From assembly GCA_051362555.1 (NCBI GenBank), contig CM120648.1, positions 20,444,057-20,477,984 on the forward strand: a stretch of DNA of 33,928 bases, written 5' to 3'. Both the position numbers and the translations under genes were made by a program. Each line of letters begins with the position of its first letter. Within the stretch, counting starts at the first letter, position 1. This DNA is from Lingula anatina. Lineage: Eukaryota > Animalia > Brachiopoda. The notes beneath the pieces were generated by a model. It was not told the origin of the DNA, did not search any database, and saw only the letters and a list, made by a program, of their open reading frames with translations. Shown piece by piece: positions 12,510-23,102 of the stretch.

Positions 12510-13935
12510 CCAAAACTGGCAGAGATAGGTCCATAGTTACTATTGAAGTTGAATAGGAAGTCATATACTGGCAATCTTACTGTGACCTTGACATTGACCT
12601 TTGACCTACTTTTCACCATGAACTGAACTTTGCAAATTTTGCTTCCCTTTTATCTCCAAAACTGGCAGAGATAGGTCCATAGTTACTATTGAACTTGAAT
12701 AGGAAGTCATATACTGGCAATTTTACTGTGACCTTGAAATTGACCTTTGACCTACTTTTCACCTTGAACTGAACTTTGCAAAATTTGCTTCCCTTTTATC
12801 TCCAAAACTGGCAGAGATAGGTCCATAGTTACTATTGAACTTGCATAGGAAGTCATATACTGGCAATTTTACTGTGACCTTGAAATTGACCTTTGACCTT
12901 CTTTTCACCATGAACTGAACTTTGCAAATTTTGCTTCCCTTTTATCTCCAAAACTGGCAGAGATAGGTCCATAGTTACTATTGAAGTTGAATAGGAAGTC
13001 ATATACTGGCAATCTAAATGTGACCTTGAAATTGACCTTTGACCTACTTTTCACCATGAACTGAACTTTGCAAATTTTGCTTCCCTTTTATCTCCAAAAC
13101 TGGCAGAGATAGGTCCATAGTTACTATTGAAGTTGAATAGGAAGTCATATACTGGCAATCTTACTGTGACCTTGAAATTGACCTTTGACCTACTTATCAC
13201 CATGAACTGAACTTTGCAAATTTTGCTTCCCTTTTATCTCCAAAACTGGCAGAGATAGGTCCATAGTTACTATTGAACTTGAATAGGAAGTCATATAATG
13301 GCAATTTTACTGTGACCTTGAAATTGACCTTTGACCTACTTTTCACCTTGAACTGAACTTTGCAAAATTTGCTTCCCTTTTATCTCCAAAACTGGCAGAG
13401 ATAGGTCCATAGTTACTATTGAACTTGCATAGGAAGTCATATACTGGCAATTTTACTGTGACCTTGAAATTGACCTTTGACCTTCTTTTCACCATGAACT
13501 GAACTTTGCAAATTTTGCTTCCCTTTTATCTCCAAAACTGGCAGAGATAGGTCCATAGTTACTATTGAAGTTGAATAGGAAGTCATATACTGGCAATCTA
13601 AATGTGACCTTGAAATTGACCTTTGACCTACTTTTCACCATGAACTGAACTTTGCAAATTTTGCTTCCCTTTTATCTCCAAAACTGGCAGAGATAGGTCC
13701 ATAGTTACTATTGAAGTTGAATAGGAAGTCATATACTGGCAATCTTACTGTGACCTTGAAATTGACCTTTGACCTACTTTTCACCATGAACTGAACTTTG
13801 CAAATTTTGCTTCCCTTTTATCTCCAAAACTGGCAGAGATAGGTCCATAGTTACTATTGAAGTTGGATAGGAAGTCATATACTGGCAATTTACTGTGACC
13901 TTGAAATTGACCTTTGACCTACCTTACAATGAACT
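12510..13935 (+). repeat. 146-bp satellite-like tandem array (about 9.7 copies) inside HINE copy C
   Basis: ccaaaactggcagag recurs every 146 bp from 12510 to 13824. Confidence 0.95.
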
Positions 13936-15604
13936 TAACTTTGATTGCACCATTTTTAGTTATATATATTTTTTGCATATTTTGAAAATTCTTGTTGATT
14001 GCATTTTTACAGCTTGTCAAGCACAAGACTGGTGGCTGCACCCCTTATTTTGTGTATGTGGGGGTCTATACGAATGCGCTTGCTCCAGCTGGTGGTACAA
14101 TATTCGGAGGCGGTATCGCCTCTCTGATCCTCTAGTTGTAATTATTATTATAATTATTAAATCATTATATTTATTTTTGAAAAATATAACTTTTGAAATT
14201 TTGATAATGCAAGTAATTAAAAGGGGTTGCTTTAGTAATTTAGATTTGTAAGCATTTTTGACAAATTTACATTTTTTTGCTTTTGTACGAAAAAATCTGT
14301 TAGATGCAGCTTATTGGTGTATCACAGTGTGATATTCAATTTATATTTTAAACTCAATTTTGGTGCAATTGACCTTTTAATATAGGGTGCCAAACAACAT
14401 TTTTTCATGGTTTTGTAAATTCTGGTTATTAAAAAAGGTGGTATATTTTTTAACATGTTAATTAATACCAGAATGTGGATACTTACCCCGTATGCCACCC
14501 AAAATTACACACCTGATTTTCATTGTTTTTTTTTTTTTTTTTTCTTTTTAATTTGGCTATGTGGTGGCTTTTATCAAGGTCTCCATTATTCATTAAATTA
14601 GTTTGAAATTTACTGTATGATTTTTTGACATTTTTACCGGAAACTTCAAGCTCATTCAAATATAACAAGAGCGAACATCATTTCAGGGGAGAACATCAAA
14701 ATATCAGTAAATAAATTCATTTGAATTGCACTGCCATTGATTAGTCACCACATAATACGTGTGTACGAGTTGGGGGCATCCTGCATATATACCAAAATTT
14801 GCATTGTGCTAATCATTTTCATATTTTTACTGCACAATTGTATCTGCCCAAATTAAGAGCAACAGAATGCAAACAAGGCCCACACTTATATCTGCAGAAT
14901 ACTCGTAAAAGATTTTTGTACTTTCTTAATATTTATTCAAGATTAAAATAGTTTATATTACCTTCCTTTGCATTTTTATTAATAATAAAACATTACATTT
15001 TAAGGTTGGTCGTTTTTACTGTGCTAAGCACCAGTGTTTTGTATTGGACTTGTGCTTTAATATGGTATTTGTAAGTTGTTGTAACTGTACATAAATATTA
15101 CCTTCATTTAACAAAGAGGCATACAGGTTACAATTTTGCACATACCTAAAATGCCAGAAAAGTAGTATTTGAATCATGGAAATGAGTTTTAAAGAAAGCC
15201 AGCCCTTTAGAACTTCAAGTATTGCATGGGTTGCAAAAGCCAGCTGTAAGGAATTACACTAGTATCAAGTCTTATTATTTATTAATTAAACAGTTTTATT
15301 ATGCATTGATTTAATGCCAATTTCTGTTTGTTAAACTGATACGCCTTTGGACATGAAAATTTGTCATAGTTAAATTCAAAGATAATGAAATGATAAAAAA
15401 TGCAAGCACATCAAAACTGGCTTAAGACATGCATAAACAATTACTCTAAATTGTAACCAAAAATACATAATGCTGCATTATGTAAGATCATCTGCTAATG
15501 AACATACTATTTATAAAACTTACTACACACACACATTCCTTCTACTCTCACATCCAGACTTGGCTCTTCTCACCCATATGTTTGTATGTCATAACTTGCT
15601 GAAC

Positions 15605-15976
15605 CTATATTAATGTTGACTTTTTTATGAGCACCCTACTGCCCAATTCATAATGTCCCTTCTTGTGTGATTTGCGTTCTTTTCTTCGTCTTTCTTTGTT
15701 GTGAACTGAATGTTCATGTCTATCCCTGTTTGCATCATTGTCCAAGTGTCCATGTTTGTCCTTGTCCAAATATCCATTTCTATCCCTGCCTTTGTCCAAA
15801 TATCTATTTCTATCCCTGTCTTTGTCCAAATGCCTGTTATTATCTGTGTCGGTGTTGCTATGCTTGATCTTATCCCCTGCTGTGTGACTACGTCTGTGCC
15901 GCCATTTGTCAAATGATCCAGGTGACAGTTGGACAGCCATCGGTTGTCTGGACCCGGGCGTCATCAGTACTGTTTG
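15605..15976 (-). CDS. ARHGAP19: ARHGAP19-like last coding exon (QTVLMTPGSRQPM...KKSTLI*)
   Basis: cattttcag acceptor, phase 0, 372 bp to TAG. MTPxSRxP resembles invertebrate ARHGAP19 tails (recalled). The 13 core exons sum to 2028 nt in frame. Confidence 0.78.
   Translation of the reverse strand, partial: QTVLMTPGSRQPMAVQLSPGSFDKWRHRRSHTAGDKIKHSNTDTDNNRHLDKDRDRNRYLDKGRDRNGYLDKDKHGHLDNDANRDRHEHSVHNKERRRKERKSHKKGHYELGSRVLIKKSTLI
15715..15845 (-). repeat. Coding 30-bp repeat (RxLDKxRDRN) in the last ARHGAP19 exon
   Basis: ctatccctg..tttgtccaaatat repeated about four times. Confidence 0.75.
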
Positions 15977-16625
15977 CTGAAAATGACAATGAAAAAACAA
16001 TTCATAAAATATGCAATGTATTGGACATCTCAAACCTGTAAATGTGAACTGTTAACACTGGTTTAACAAGGAAGTAAAATAAAATTCCAAAATAAAAAAA
16101 TGATAGCAATTTAGTTGGTGACCAACAATGATTCTCAGGACAGAAATTATGTGTTAGTTAATGATAACAGTACACTGAAGTATTAGAGCGAATACCAACT
16201 ACTGGTGAAAGGCTTTTAATAGAATTATTAGAATATTAAAATATTCTCATTCTCTATTAAATTAAGGATTTCTGTTGATTGCAATTAAAGAACAAGTTGT
16301 TAAAATACGATAACTTTGCACATAATTTTTACAAATTCAAGCAGACAGTGATGAAAATAAACAAAGGCCCTTTAGTTATAGGCAACTATATTAGGAAAAA
16401 ATGAATCAATGAACATGCTTTGCATGTATAAACTGTAAATGATATAAATGGGAAATAAGCAGGTTAATGAGGACCCTTTTCCTATCCACATGCCCTGAAG
16501 TAAAAAGCAACAATATAATAGATAAAGTGTTATGGGCATAACAGTAAATAACAGTGCATTTAAACAGTAAAGAGTGAATTATCAGCAGGGGTACTGCCAA
16601 ACAGCAGACACAGTAGGTGGCTGGG

Positions 16626-16760
16626 TCACAATATGCTTATGCTGTGAGCTCTTTCCAAACATGCAACTCCCCCATGCAAAGCAGCTGGAGATGAAATACC
16701 TGCCAAATTCCACTCATCAAGAAGTGGAGCACTGCTGGTCCTGCTTCGTTTACGTATTGG
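16626..16760 (-). CDS. ARHGAP19: Candidate alternative terminal exon (PIRKRSRTSSAPLLDEW...HSISIL*)
   Basis: ctttcag acceptor in phase 0; open for 44 codons to TGA. Confidence 0.4.
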   Translation of the reverse strand, partial: PIRKRSRTSSAPLLDEWNLAGISSPAALHGGVACLERAHSISIL

Positions 16761-16916
16761 CTGAAAGGGTCAGAACACAAGGTTGAATTGTACAGCAGCA
16801 ACATATCAAAGCGAAAAAAAAAAAATAGCCAGGGCTGTAGATATTCTTAAAGCATGAAAAGCAGGCTAAAACAAGAGTTCATGAGCCCATCCCTGAAGTA
16901 TTTTAGTCATCATTAC

Positions 16917-17034
16917 CTGTGTCTGTCTGGACATCTTCTTGGAAGATCTAGTCAGGGGTGACACAAAGTGTGATAGCTGTTCTTTCTGAGGAGTACTAGG
17001 ACTGTGGCGCTTTCTAGGAGGGTATTCACTGGTG
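16917..17034 (-). CDS. ARHGAP19: ARHGAP19-like exon 12 (TSEYPPRKRHSPSTPQK...SPLTRSSKKMSRQTQ)
   Basis: ctctcctag acceptor, GTAATG donor, 118 bp, phase 2-0. Confidence 0.78.
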
Positions 17035-17278
17035 CTAGGAGAGTGAAAAAGGTTCATATTTGAATGTTTAAGAAACAGGCATAATATAGCATGCATTGAA
17101 CGATCAAACTTTTCTTTCCACTTGATAATAAAATATATTATTAAGACAACAGCTAAAACAATGTACAGCATCTTACTACAACCTCCCAGTTTTTTCCCCC
17201 ATTATATAACAAAGATTGTAAAGGATATGTAGGACTTTTTCTTGAAGATATTTCCTTTCACTTTCAACATCATCTCAC

Positions 17279-17421
17279 CTGCTGCATAATCCTGCTGCCT
17301 GGTCAGATGGAGTATTGGTGACATTGGTCAGGTTGGTCTTGCTGTTTCTACGTTTTCTAGGTAAGTGTGAGCTGTCCACCTCTTCCTTCAGGTCAACCAC
17401 ATGTACTGCTGGACTAGATGA
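17279..17421 (-). CDS. ARHGAP19: ARHGAP19-like exon 11 (SSSPAVHVVDLKEE...AGLCS)
   Basis: gtttcag acceptor, GTGAGA donor, 143 bp, phase 0-2, compatible with the next exon. Confidence 0.75.
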
Positions 17422-18123
17422 CTGAAACCGTATAAAAACAACTTAAATGCATGTTTATTCAGTTTTCTGCCTACAGAATTGGATCTGATGCATGCAGATA
17501 GTTGAAGAACTGAAAGCTGAAAGAGAATTAAGGCAGATAAAGAGCAAATAAGCAACCAAAAGCATTTTATACTTATAGGGAGTTCAAGTCACAAGTTTCA
17601 TAAATACAAAGTCAACATTCAATTTTTATAGTAAATTTAGTGAGAAATGCTGTCATCACCAAAATAAGTTTGATTTATTTTAAAACACTTTAACCAGGTA
17701 TGTAACATGCAAAAAGGAAGACGGACTGTCAAGGTGATTCATAAAGTAAAGAAGGTGATTTCATCTACTGGTAATTTGTAGTTAGTCAGAGGAATAACTC
17801 TCCAGATTAACATTTCCATGCAACTATTGTAATTGTATTTTTTAATCTAGGTCAAAAGCTACAACATTACAATAATTTCAGTAATTTGGCTTTATGAAAG
17901 GATTCAACTTGAAGACTACAGTAAAAGATTAGGGTAAGAATCAACAGAAACTAGGTACACATGAGGCTTGACATTTGTTAAGTCAGGGTAAATTAGAAAC
18001 AAGACTTCAGAAATGCAGGGTTGTAAGGAATAAGTAGATTTGAGCATAGTGCCCTAATAGTAGTTGTTGTGCAACTTGGGTGAAACTAGGGTCAAAATCT
18101 ACATCTTCATTGTTTACACTTAC

Positions 18124-18243
18124 TCCTTTAGCATGCTGCTTTACAGCAAGCGTTAGCTCCTCATTGAACAGCTTCATCACCGGTGTGTTTGGTGAATTAA
18201 TTGGAGTGACACTAACTCTGGGCACTATTGTTCTAGGTGGAGT
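18124..18243 (-). CDS. ARHGAP19: ARHGAP19-like exon 10 (TPPRTIVPRVSVTPINSPNTP...HAKG)
   Basis: aaccag acceptor, GTAAGT donor, 120 bp, phase 0-0; rich in S/T-P sites. Confidence 0.75.
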
Positions 18244-18634
18244 CTGGTTCAGATAGAGAAATGAAAGCAGAAAGCCTTTTGCTAAAGGTTTTAACAGTTT
18301 TGTTGCTCAAATCAGTCACAAAAACATTTTGAGGAAACTAAAAGTTAAGGAAATGTCTGAAATCTGCCAATAAACCACATGTTAAGCATAATAAAACTGA
18401 CAATAATAATTTTAGAGTTTTGAATTGGTTATGGTTTAAACATAAATGTCACTGTGAAATATTAATGAACTACACTGCTAGAAATTGCCAGTCCACCATT
18501 TCTAGCCTTTTTATAAATATTAAATTTGACTCCACAACCCAAGTGTAAAATTACTGCTGTATTAAACGGTGAAATTTTATCAACCTCTGAGCAGACAAAG
18601 TTGTAAGATTGCTTCCTTTGCCTTTAACACTTAC

Positions 18635-18751
18635 CTCTAGAACAGGGTATGTGACTGGGTTGCTTGTTTCTCTAGGGAGACTGAGAGCACCACTGTTGAA
18701 ATGTGTGTCATGGCTGGAACCACGTCTCTTGTGCATCTTCAGCAGGTGTTT
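18635..18751 (-). CDS. ARHGAP19: ARHGAP19-like exon 9 (KHLLKMHKRRGSS...YPVLE)
   Basis: gtcttcag acceptor, GTAAGT donor, 117 bp, phase 0-0. Confidence 0.8.
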
Positions 18752-19156
18752 CTGAAGACATAAAAATCACACAAAGTATTTAAAAAATATGCACATAACA
18801 CAGTTTATAAGAAAAATAACTGGCATTAGGAATACATGTTAATTTTCTCAAAACTTTATGAAATACAGAACACACATTTACAGCACAATAATCAAAAATT
18901 TATAAGCATTTTTTTTGTTAAAAATATCAATTAAATTTTTTAACCTATAATAATATCAAAAACATAGAGCGATGAACAACTGTACAAAGTCTTCCCTGTT
19001 GGTAATAGAAATAAATGCTGAAACTAAAAACAAACAATTGATATTAGCAGTTTCAAACAGTAAAAGTGCAAATGAAGAGGGAATTTAAGCATAACCATAA
19101 CATGAATAACTTAGGGTGTTAGGTAGGCAGCAAAAGATTGTTAGCCCACCACTTAC

Positions 19157-19243
19157 ATAATCTGCAGTGCTAGAGGGTGTGGCAACTAGAGATTTCTTTA
19201 TGCTCTGCAATACTGGACCTTTAGCTTTAACAGCACCCTGTGA
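19157..19243 (-). CDS. ARHGAP19: Candidate cassette exon of ARHGAP19-like gene (SQGAVKAKGPVLQSIKKSLVATPSSTADY)
   Basis: ctttccag acceptor, GTAAGT donor, 87 bp, phase 0-0, open frame; no homology support. Confidence 0.45.
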
Positions 19244-19683
19244 CTGGAAAGTGAGTGGCAGCCAAGGTGTTAACAAGAATATGTGATAATGTTTCATAGG
19301 GATGTTATTGAGGCTAAAGACCATATAAAAGTCTTGCTGGATATGAAATCCAAGCTAAAACCTAACTAATTGTGAAAACAGCTGTGTATATCAAATGAGC
19401 TACCACGATAATACAAAATGAGACAAGAGAACGCCAGTAAGCCCACAACCTCCCATTACAAAACAATGACAATAAGGCCTACAAAATGAATGCTGTAAGT
19501 GTCCCTACAATTGTTATTAAATCGCATCAGTTATAAAGGTTGTTTAAAATTTTCCAGGATAATATATCTCTATGAAAGATTCCCCTATGTGCCTCTAAGT
19601 CTTACTTTTTTGTACCTGCCCTGCATGAGCATAGCTTCTGGGGTAAAAGATCTACTATGCTGTCCAGATTCATCAGAACTCAC

Positions 19684-19743
19684 AAGACTGAGAAGATTAT
19701 CTGTAGAAGCCCTCAGCTTCTTTGAGGCATACATGAAAGTGTC
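19684..19743 (-). CDS. ARHGAP19: Candidate cassette exon of ARHGAP19-like gene (DTFMYASKKLRASTDNLLSL)
   Basis: catgtag acceptor, GTGAGT donor, 60 bp, phase 0-0, open frame; no homology support. Confidence 0.4.
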
Positions 19744-19919
19744 CTACATGCAAATGGAACATCCAAAAATTCAGAACATGCTTCATGCAAATTATACAAA
19801 ATTAATAATAAATTTCAAAGATTGAGACTTGTTCTGTAGAAGTAAAAAAAGATACTTGAGAAAAGAGGGGGGACATGGAGAAAAATACCAATAAATAATT
19901 AAATTGTCAACATACACAC

Positions 19920-20000
19920 CTTTATTGACTGTCCTACTGACTTACTTCTCCTGTGCTTGTTCTCGTCATGTGGGGTTCCCATTCCATTGGCTTTGTTAAA
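19920..20000 (-). CDS. ARHGAP19: ARHGAP19-like exon 8 (FNKANGMGTPHDENKHRRSKSVGQSIK)
   Basis: gtttcag acceptor, GT donor, 81 bp, phase 0-0; parallels recalled human FNK...TP...RSRSFSGLIK. Confidence 0.88.
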
Positions 20001-20168
20001 CTGAAACCAACAGAAAACATGCCTGTCTAGTGAGCAACATCACTGATGGAAGGATAAAATAACATACACACAGATACTGTTAAATGAGATGCTTTTTATA
20101 TGAATCAATAGATAAATCAAGATTATAGTGATGGGGAAACATATTGGGGCAAACCCCATTGATTGTAC

Positions 20169-20336
20169 CTGCTTTAGTAGCTTTCTTTTCTTGGTAGAGT
20201 CTGGCATATTCTGCACATGAGCATATAACTGTGCCAGCGCCACCTCGGTGTCTGAAGCTGCACCAAGTTCCTTTGATTTAACTCTGTCCACATATGTAAC
20301 TGTTGTCTTCACAGCATCATCACTGTCTGGAGATGT
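20169..20336 (-). CDS. ARHGAP19: ARHGAP19-like exon 7 (TSPDSDDAVKTT...TEVALAQLYAHVQNMPDSTKKRKLLKQ)
   Basis: Contains the ARHGAP19-typical motif TExALxxLxxHVxxMPxSxKKxxLxxQ; 168 bp, phase 0-0. Confidence 0.92.
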
Positions 20337-20541
20337 CTAGTTAACAATTAATATAATTGACTTAATAACTAAATAAATGTATAAGCTACTAGGGATAAGA
20401 TATCTTTATATCAAAACAAATACTTTTCTAGATACTTCTGCCTTTTTGATCAAAGAAATGCTTTTGTTTCCCTTCTGGAACGATTATTATATCAAGCAAA
20501 TATGGAACTAATACATTAGTCTGTACAAAAGCACAATTCAC

Positions 20542-20634
20542 CCTTCTGTGATCCAGATCATCCTCACTGTCCTGCCCCAATCTTTGCCTTTCCCTATAGT
20601 ATATGTCAATGTCATGAACCAAATCTTTAGGCAC
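20542..20634 (-). CDS. ARHGAP19: ARHGAP19-like exon 6 (VPKDLVHDID...SEDDLDHRR)
   Basis: tgtgcag acceptor, GTGAAT donor, 93 bp, phase 0-0. Confidence 0.85.
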
Positions 20635-20789
20635 CTGCACAGAAAGACAAAATTAATACATAATATTGTATACGTTTTTTTTTCAAGCACTGAATTTTAA
20701 TTCTGATTTTCTGATTTATAAATTTGCTATAACTGGATTACAAGAACAAATTTGGAAAACATGTTTGAAAAACTGTTTATCAGTCTTAC

Positions 20790-20876
20790 CATGAATAATT
20801 GTGGGGAGTGTTGAATCATAAAAGAAACTGTATTGGACAAATTCTGTGCTGCCTGTTGGAGCCCAATGCCAGTCAT
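20790..20876 (-). CDS. ARHGAP19: ARHGAP19-like exon 5 (MTGIGLQQAAQNLSNTVSFMIQHSPQLFM)
   Basis: ctctttag acceptor, GTAAGA donor, 87 bp, phase 0-0; end of the RhoGAP domain (FMIxHSxxLF). Confidence 0.9.
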
Positions 20877-21178
20877 CTAAAGAGAAATTAAAATCATTCA
20901 AAGTGTTTATCTGATCATGAAAGGACTTCCAACTCTTTTCATCTGTTTGATTGTTGTAAAAATCAGAAGAAAAAAATTTTTGAATTAGTAAATCTTTTCC
21001 TTAGAGACAGAAAAGATACTGAATTTACCATAAAACATCTGAAAACAGTACCCTATTACATCAATGTTCCCAGAGTGTAGTCTTAATATTTCCAAGAGTT
21101 GGAAGAACTTGTGTCAGGAGAGAATATATTATATGGAATTTAAACATTAGAACACACTCAACATCAAACGGCCTATAC

Positions 21179-21402
21179 CTTCTTTGGACAGAGCAAGTGT
21201 GGGGCAAACATTGCACCTAAATTCTCAGCAGTCATTTTGTTCTCCTCCACGCTGGCCACCTGGTGCAGCATGGTTAGCAGCTTCCTCAGCAGAGTGGCAT
21301 TCTCTACTGGCAGCAGAAGGAACAGCAGCTGTACTGTCTTGATCTGTTTGGGAACCACTATGTTATCAATTGTGACCTGGTCCATGCCCTCACGGATCAT
21401 GT
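21179..21402 (-). CDS. ARHGAP19: ARHGAP19-like exon 4 (DMIREG...QLLFLLLPVEN...NKMTAENLGAMFAPHLLCPKK)
   Basis: Canonical RhoGAP NKMxxxNLxxxFAP motif; phase 1-0 with AG/GT ends. Confidence 0.95.
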
Positions 21403-21642
21403 CTGGAAGGTGACTAGACTTACAACCCAAAGAGCAGAAACAGCATTTAAAAATAGCAAACCAGCCAGCAAAAATGTGGCCATATTGTATTATGAAATAT
21501 GTTAAATATACATTTAACTTCTTTCAAGTACAACATAATGCTTTCACAAAGTTGTTTCTCTAATTCCAATAATTAGGAATTCTACACAATTTTAATCTCA
21601 ATATACCATTACAAATTTTGAACAAATGATTTGTAGAACAAC

Positions 21643-21852
21643 CTGGCACTTGGCAATATGCAGCATATAATCTCTCCATGAGTAAAGGTTCTGGTAACTC
21701 TCCCAGGAACCACTTTAGAACACAGGCACAGTCATGTGCATTGTAAGGACTGCTGTCCAAGTCAAGGGTGCAGCCTTGGGTCAACTTTTCTTTCAGTTCT
21801 TTCTGTCTTGTACAGTTTCCTGCTTTCCTGAATATTCCCTCAAGGGCTATAT
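21643..21852 (-). CDS. ARHGAP19: ARHGAP19-like exon 3, RhoGAP catalytic core (IALEGIFRKAGN...WFLGELPEPLL...QVP)
   Basis: Arginine-finger motif EGIFRxxG and LKxFLGELPEPLL; ttccag acceptor, GT donor, 210 bp, phase 1-1. Confidence 0.95.
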
Positions 21853-22042
21853 CTGGAATTTATTTACAAATAATGTATCTTTTAAAACTGCATCATAGAG
21901 TTAATTTGAAAAAAATTGTTTTAGATAACATGCAGCTTATTATCACTGTCCAATATATTTATAGTTTTCATGCTTATGTTTGTATAAATAAACATTTTTA
22001 TTTCTACTAGTAATACAAAAGGAAACAAGAAATTGCACTCAC

Positions 22043-22132
22043 TGTCAGGTTCAGAAATAAAATCAATTAGTTCAATAATACCAGAGTTGCAGGATGAAAG
22101 ATCTGTGTAGCTCGAACTGCTACCAGTTTTAT
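22043..22132 (-). CDS. ARHGAP19: ARHGAP19-like coding exon 2 (KTGSSS...GIIELIDFISEPD)
   Basis: ttttag acceptor, GTGAGT donor, 90 bp, phase 1-1; start of the RhoGAP domain. Confidence 0.85.
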
Positions 22133-22400
22133 CTAAAAATATATATACATATACAAAAATATCAAAATATTTGTGAAGAATGACCTTACTACTGTTAACA
22201 ATTAAATTATTAGATGATGCACCTAAAATGATGTAATTTATAGTTTTCCATGAAAAGAAGTATACAATATACATTTCACACTTTTTCTTTTTACTTAACC
22301 TCTGTTAAAATTATACTGACAGTCTGTTAGTTGATGGCAACTAAAATGATGTCCTTTAAAAGTTTTTCCATGATAAGAAAATACAATAAACATTTCATAC

Positions 22401-22605
22401 TTTTTCTTTTCAAGAAAGGCGTATGACCTTTCTTAATCTTGTTCTCTTCAGATTTTTCAAATAAATCGTCCAAAGTGGGCATATCAACCATGAATGAGAG
22501 GTGCATCTTGATGAGGGCATTGAACTGGTCCGTGTCTTCCGTTTTCAGCTGGTGGACGAGAGCCTCGGCATCCAGCTCGCGCCTCTTTAAGCTCGATTTT
22601 GACAT
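22401..22605 (-). CDS. ARHGAP19: Rho GTPase-activating protein 19-like, coding exon 1 (MSKSSLKRRE...PFLKRK)
   Basis: ATG at 22605, acceptor ttttctcag upstream, GT donor at 22400 (phase 1). LVHQLKTEDTDQFNALIKMHLSFMVDMP resembles the ARHGAP19/RhoGAP54D N-terminus (recalled sequence). Confidence 0.85.
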
Positions 22606-22892
22606 GGTTAATGCTACTACTGAGAAAAATATTTAAAAAAAATATATTTACCAAAAAGGTAAAAACACTTACTGCTGCCCAAGAGATAATGACAATAAAT
22701 GGAACATTTTTAAATTTTATTTCAAACTGAATTTTAAACAAGGTGAAGGCAGTTGCGGAACAAAATCTATATTGAACTTGATCAAGGACCAGTCGTCAAT
22801 CTACCAAAAAGGTCATGTAACAGAGTAAATCAAACTTGCCTATTAAGACTTTGCACAACTATTATTTAGTTTTTCAATTGTAATTCACCTAC

Positions 22893-23102
22893 CAGGTCAT
22901 ATCACTGCATTTTGCTTATTTGCAGCCTTCAAATATGGCGCTTGTTTGATTCGTTTGCTAGGCTATCATTGGACAATGGTTTTGTAAACTGCCGGCCCAT
23001 TGGGCAAAAGATTAGACTCGATTTGAAATTAGGTCATTACGGCATGGCTATGTGATTGACACACTTGCAAGGTGACAGGTAACTTTGCCGGCAAGCAAAG
23101 CG
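22893..23102. promoter_or_regulatory. Putative bidirectional promoter and 5' non-coding exons of ARHGAP19 (-) and ANAPC4 (+)
   Basis: Outward-facing donors (minus GTAGGT at 22892; plus GTAACT at 23079 and GTAAGT at 23103); ATTGG at 22968 and 22999; TTCAAA at 22928; TTTGAA at 23022; YY1-like AATATGGCG at 22932. Confidence 0.65.

Larger units (their letters stand above)
11231..14137 (+). mobile_element. HINE family 1 copy C, full length
   Basis: 5' hairpin at 11231 after TT; 3' subTIR gctggtggtacaa 14088-14100; hairpin gaggcg-gtat-cgcctc 14107-14122; ends ctctagtt. Confidence 0.88.

Noticed and set aside
6350-14137. Single foldback or Polinton-type TIR element
   Set aside because: No TSD and no coding core; each arm has its own asymmetric Helentron 5' and 3' structures.
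14483-14530. Minus-strand GTAAGT donor as the missing filamin exon
   Set aside because: No frame gives CH-domain sequence and the acceptor lacks a pyrimidine tract; a non-coding alternative first exon cannot be excluded.
19616-19743. Longer 128-bp version of the cassette exon
   Set aside because: Ends in phase 2 and leads to a stop in the next candidate exon; the GTGAGT donor at 19683 keeps the frame.
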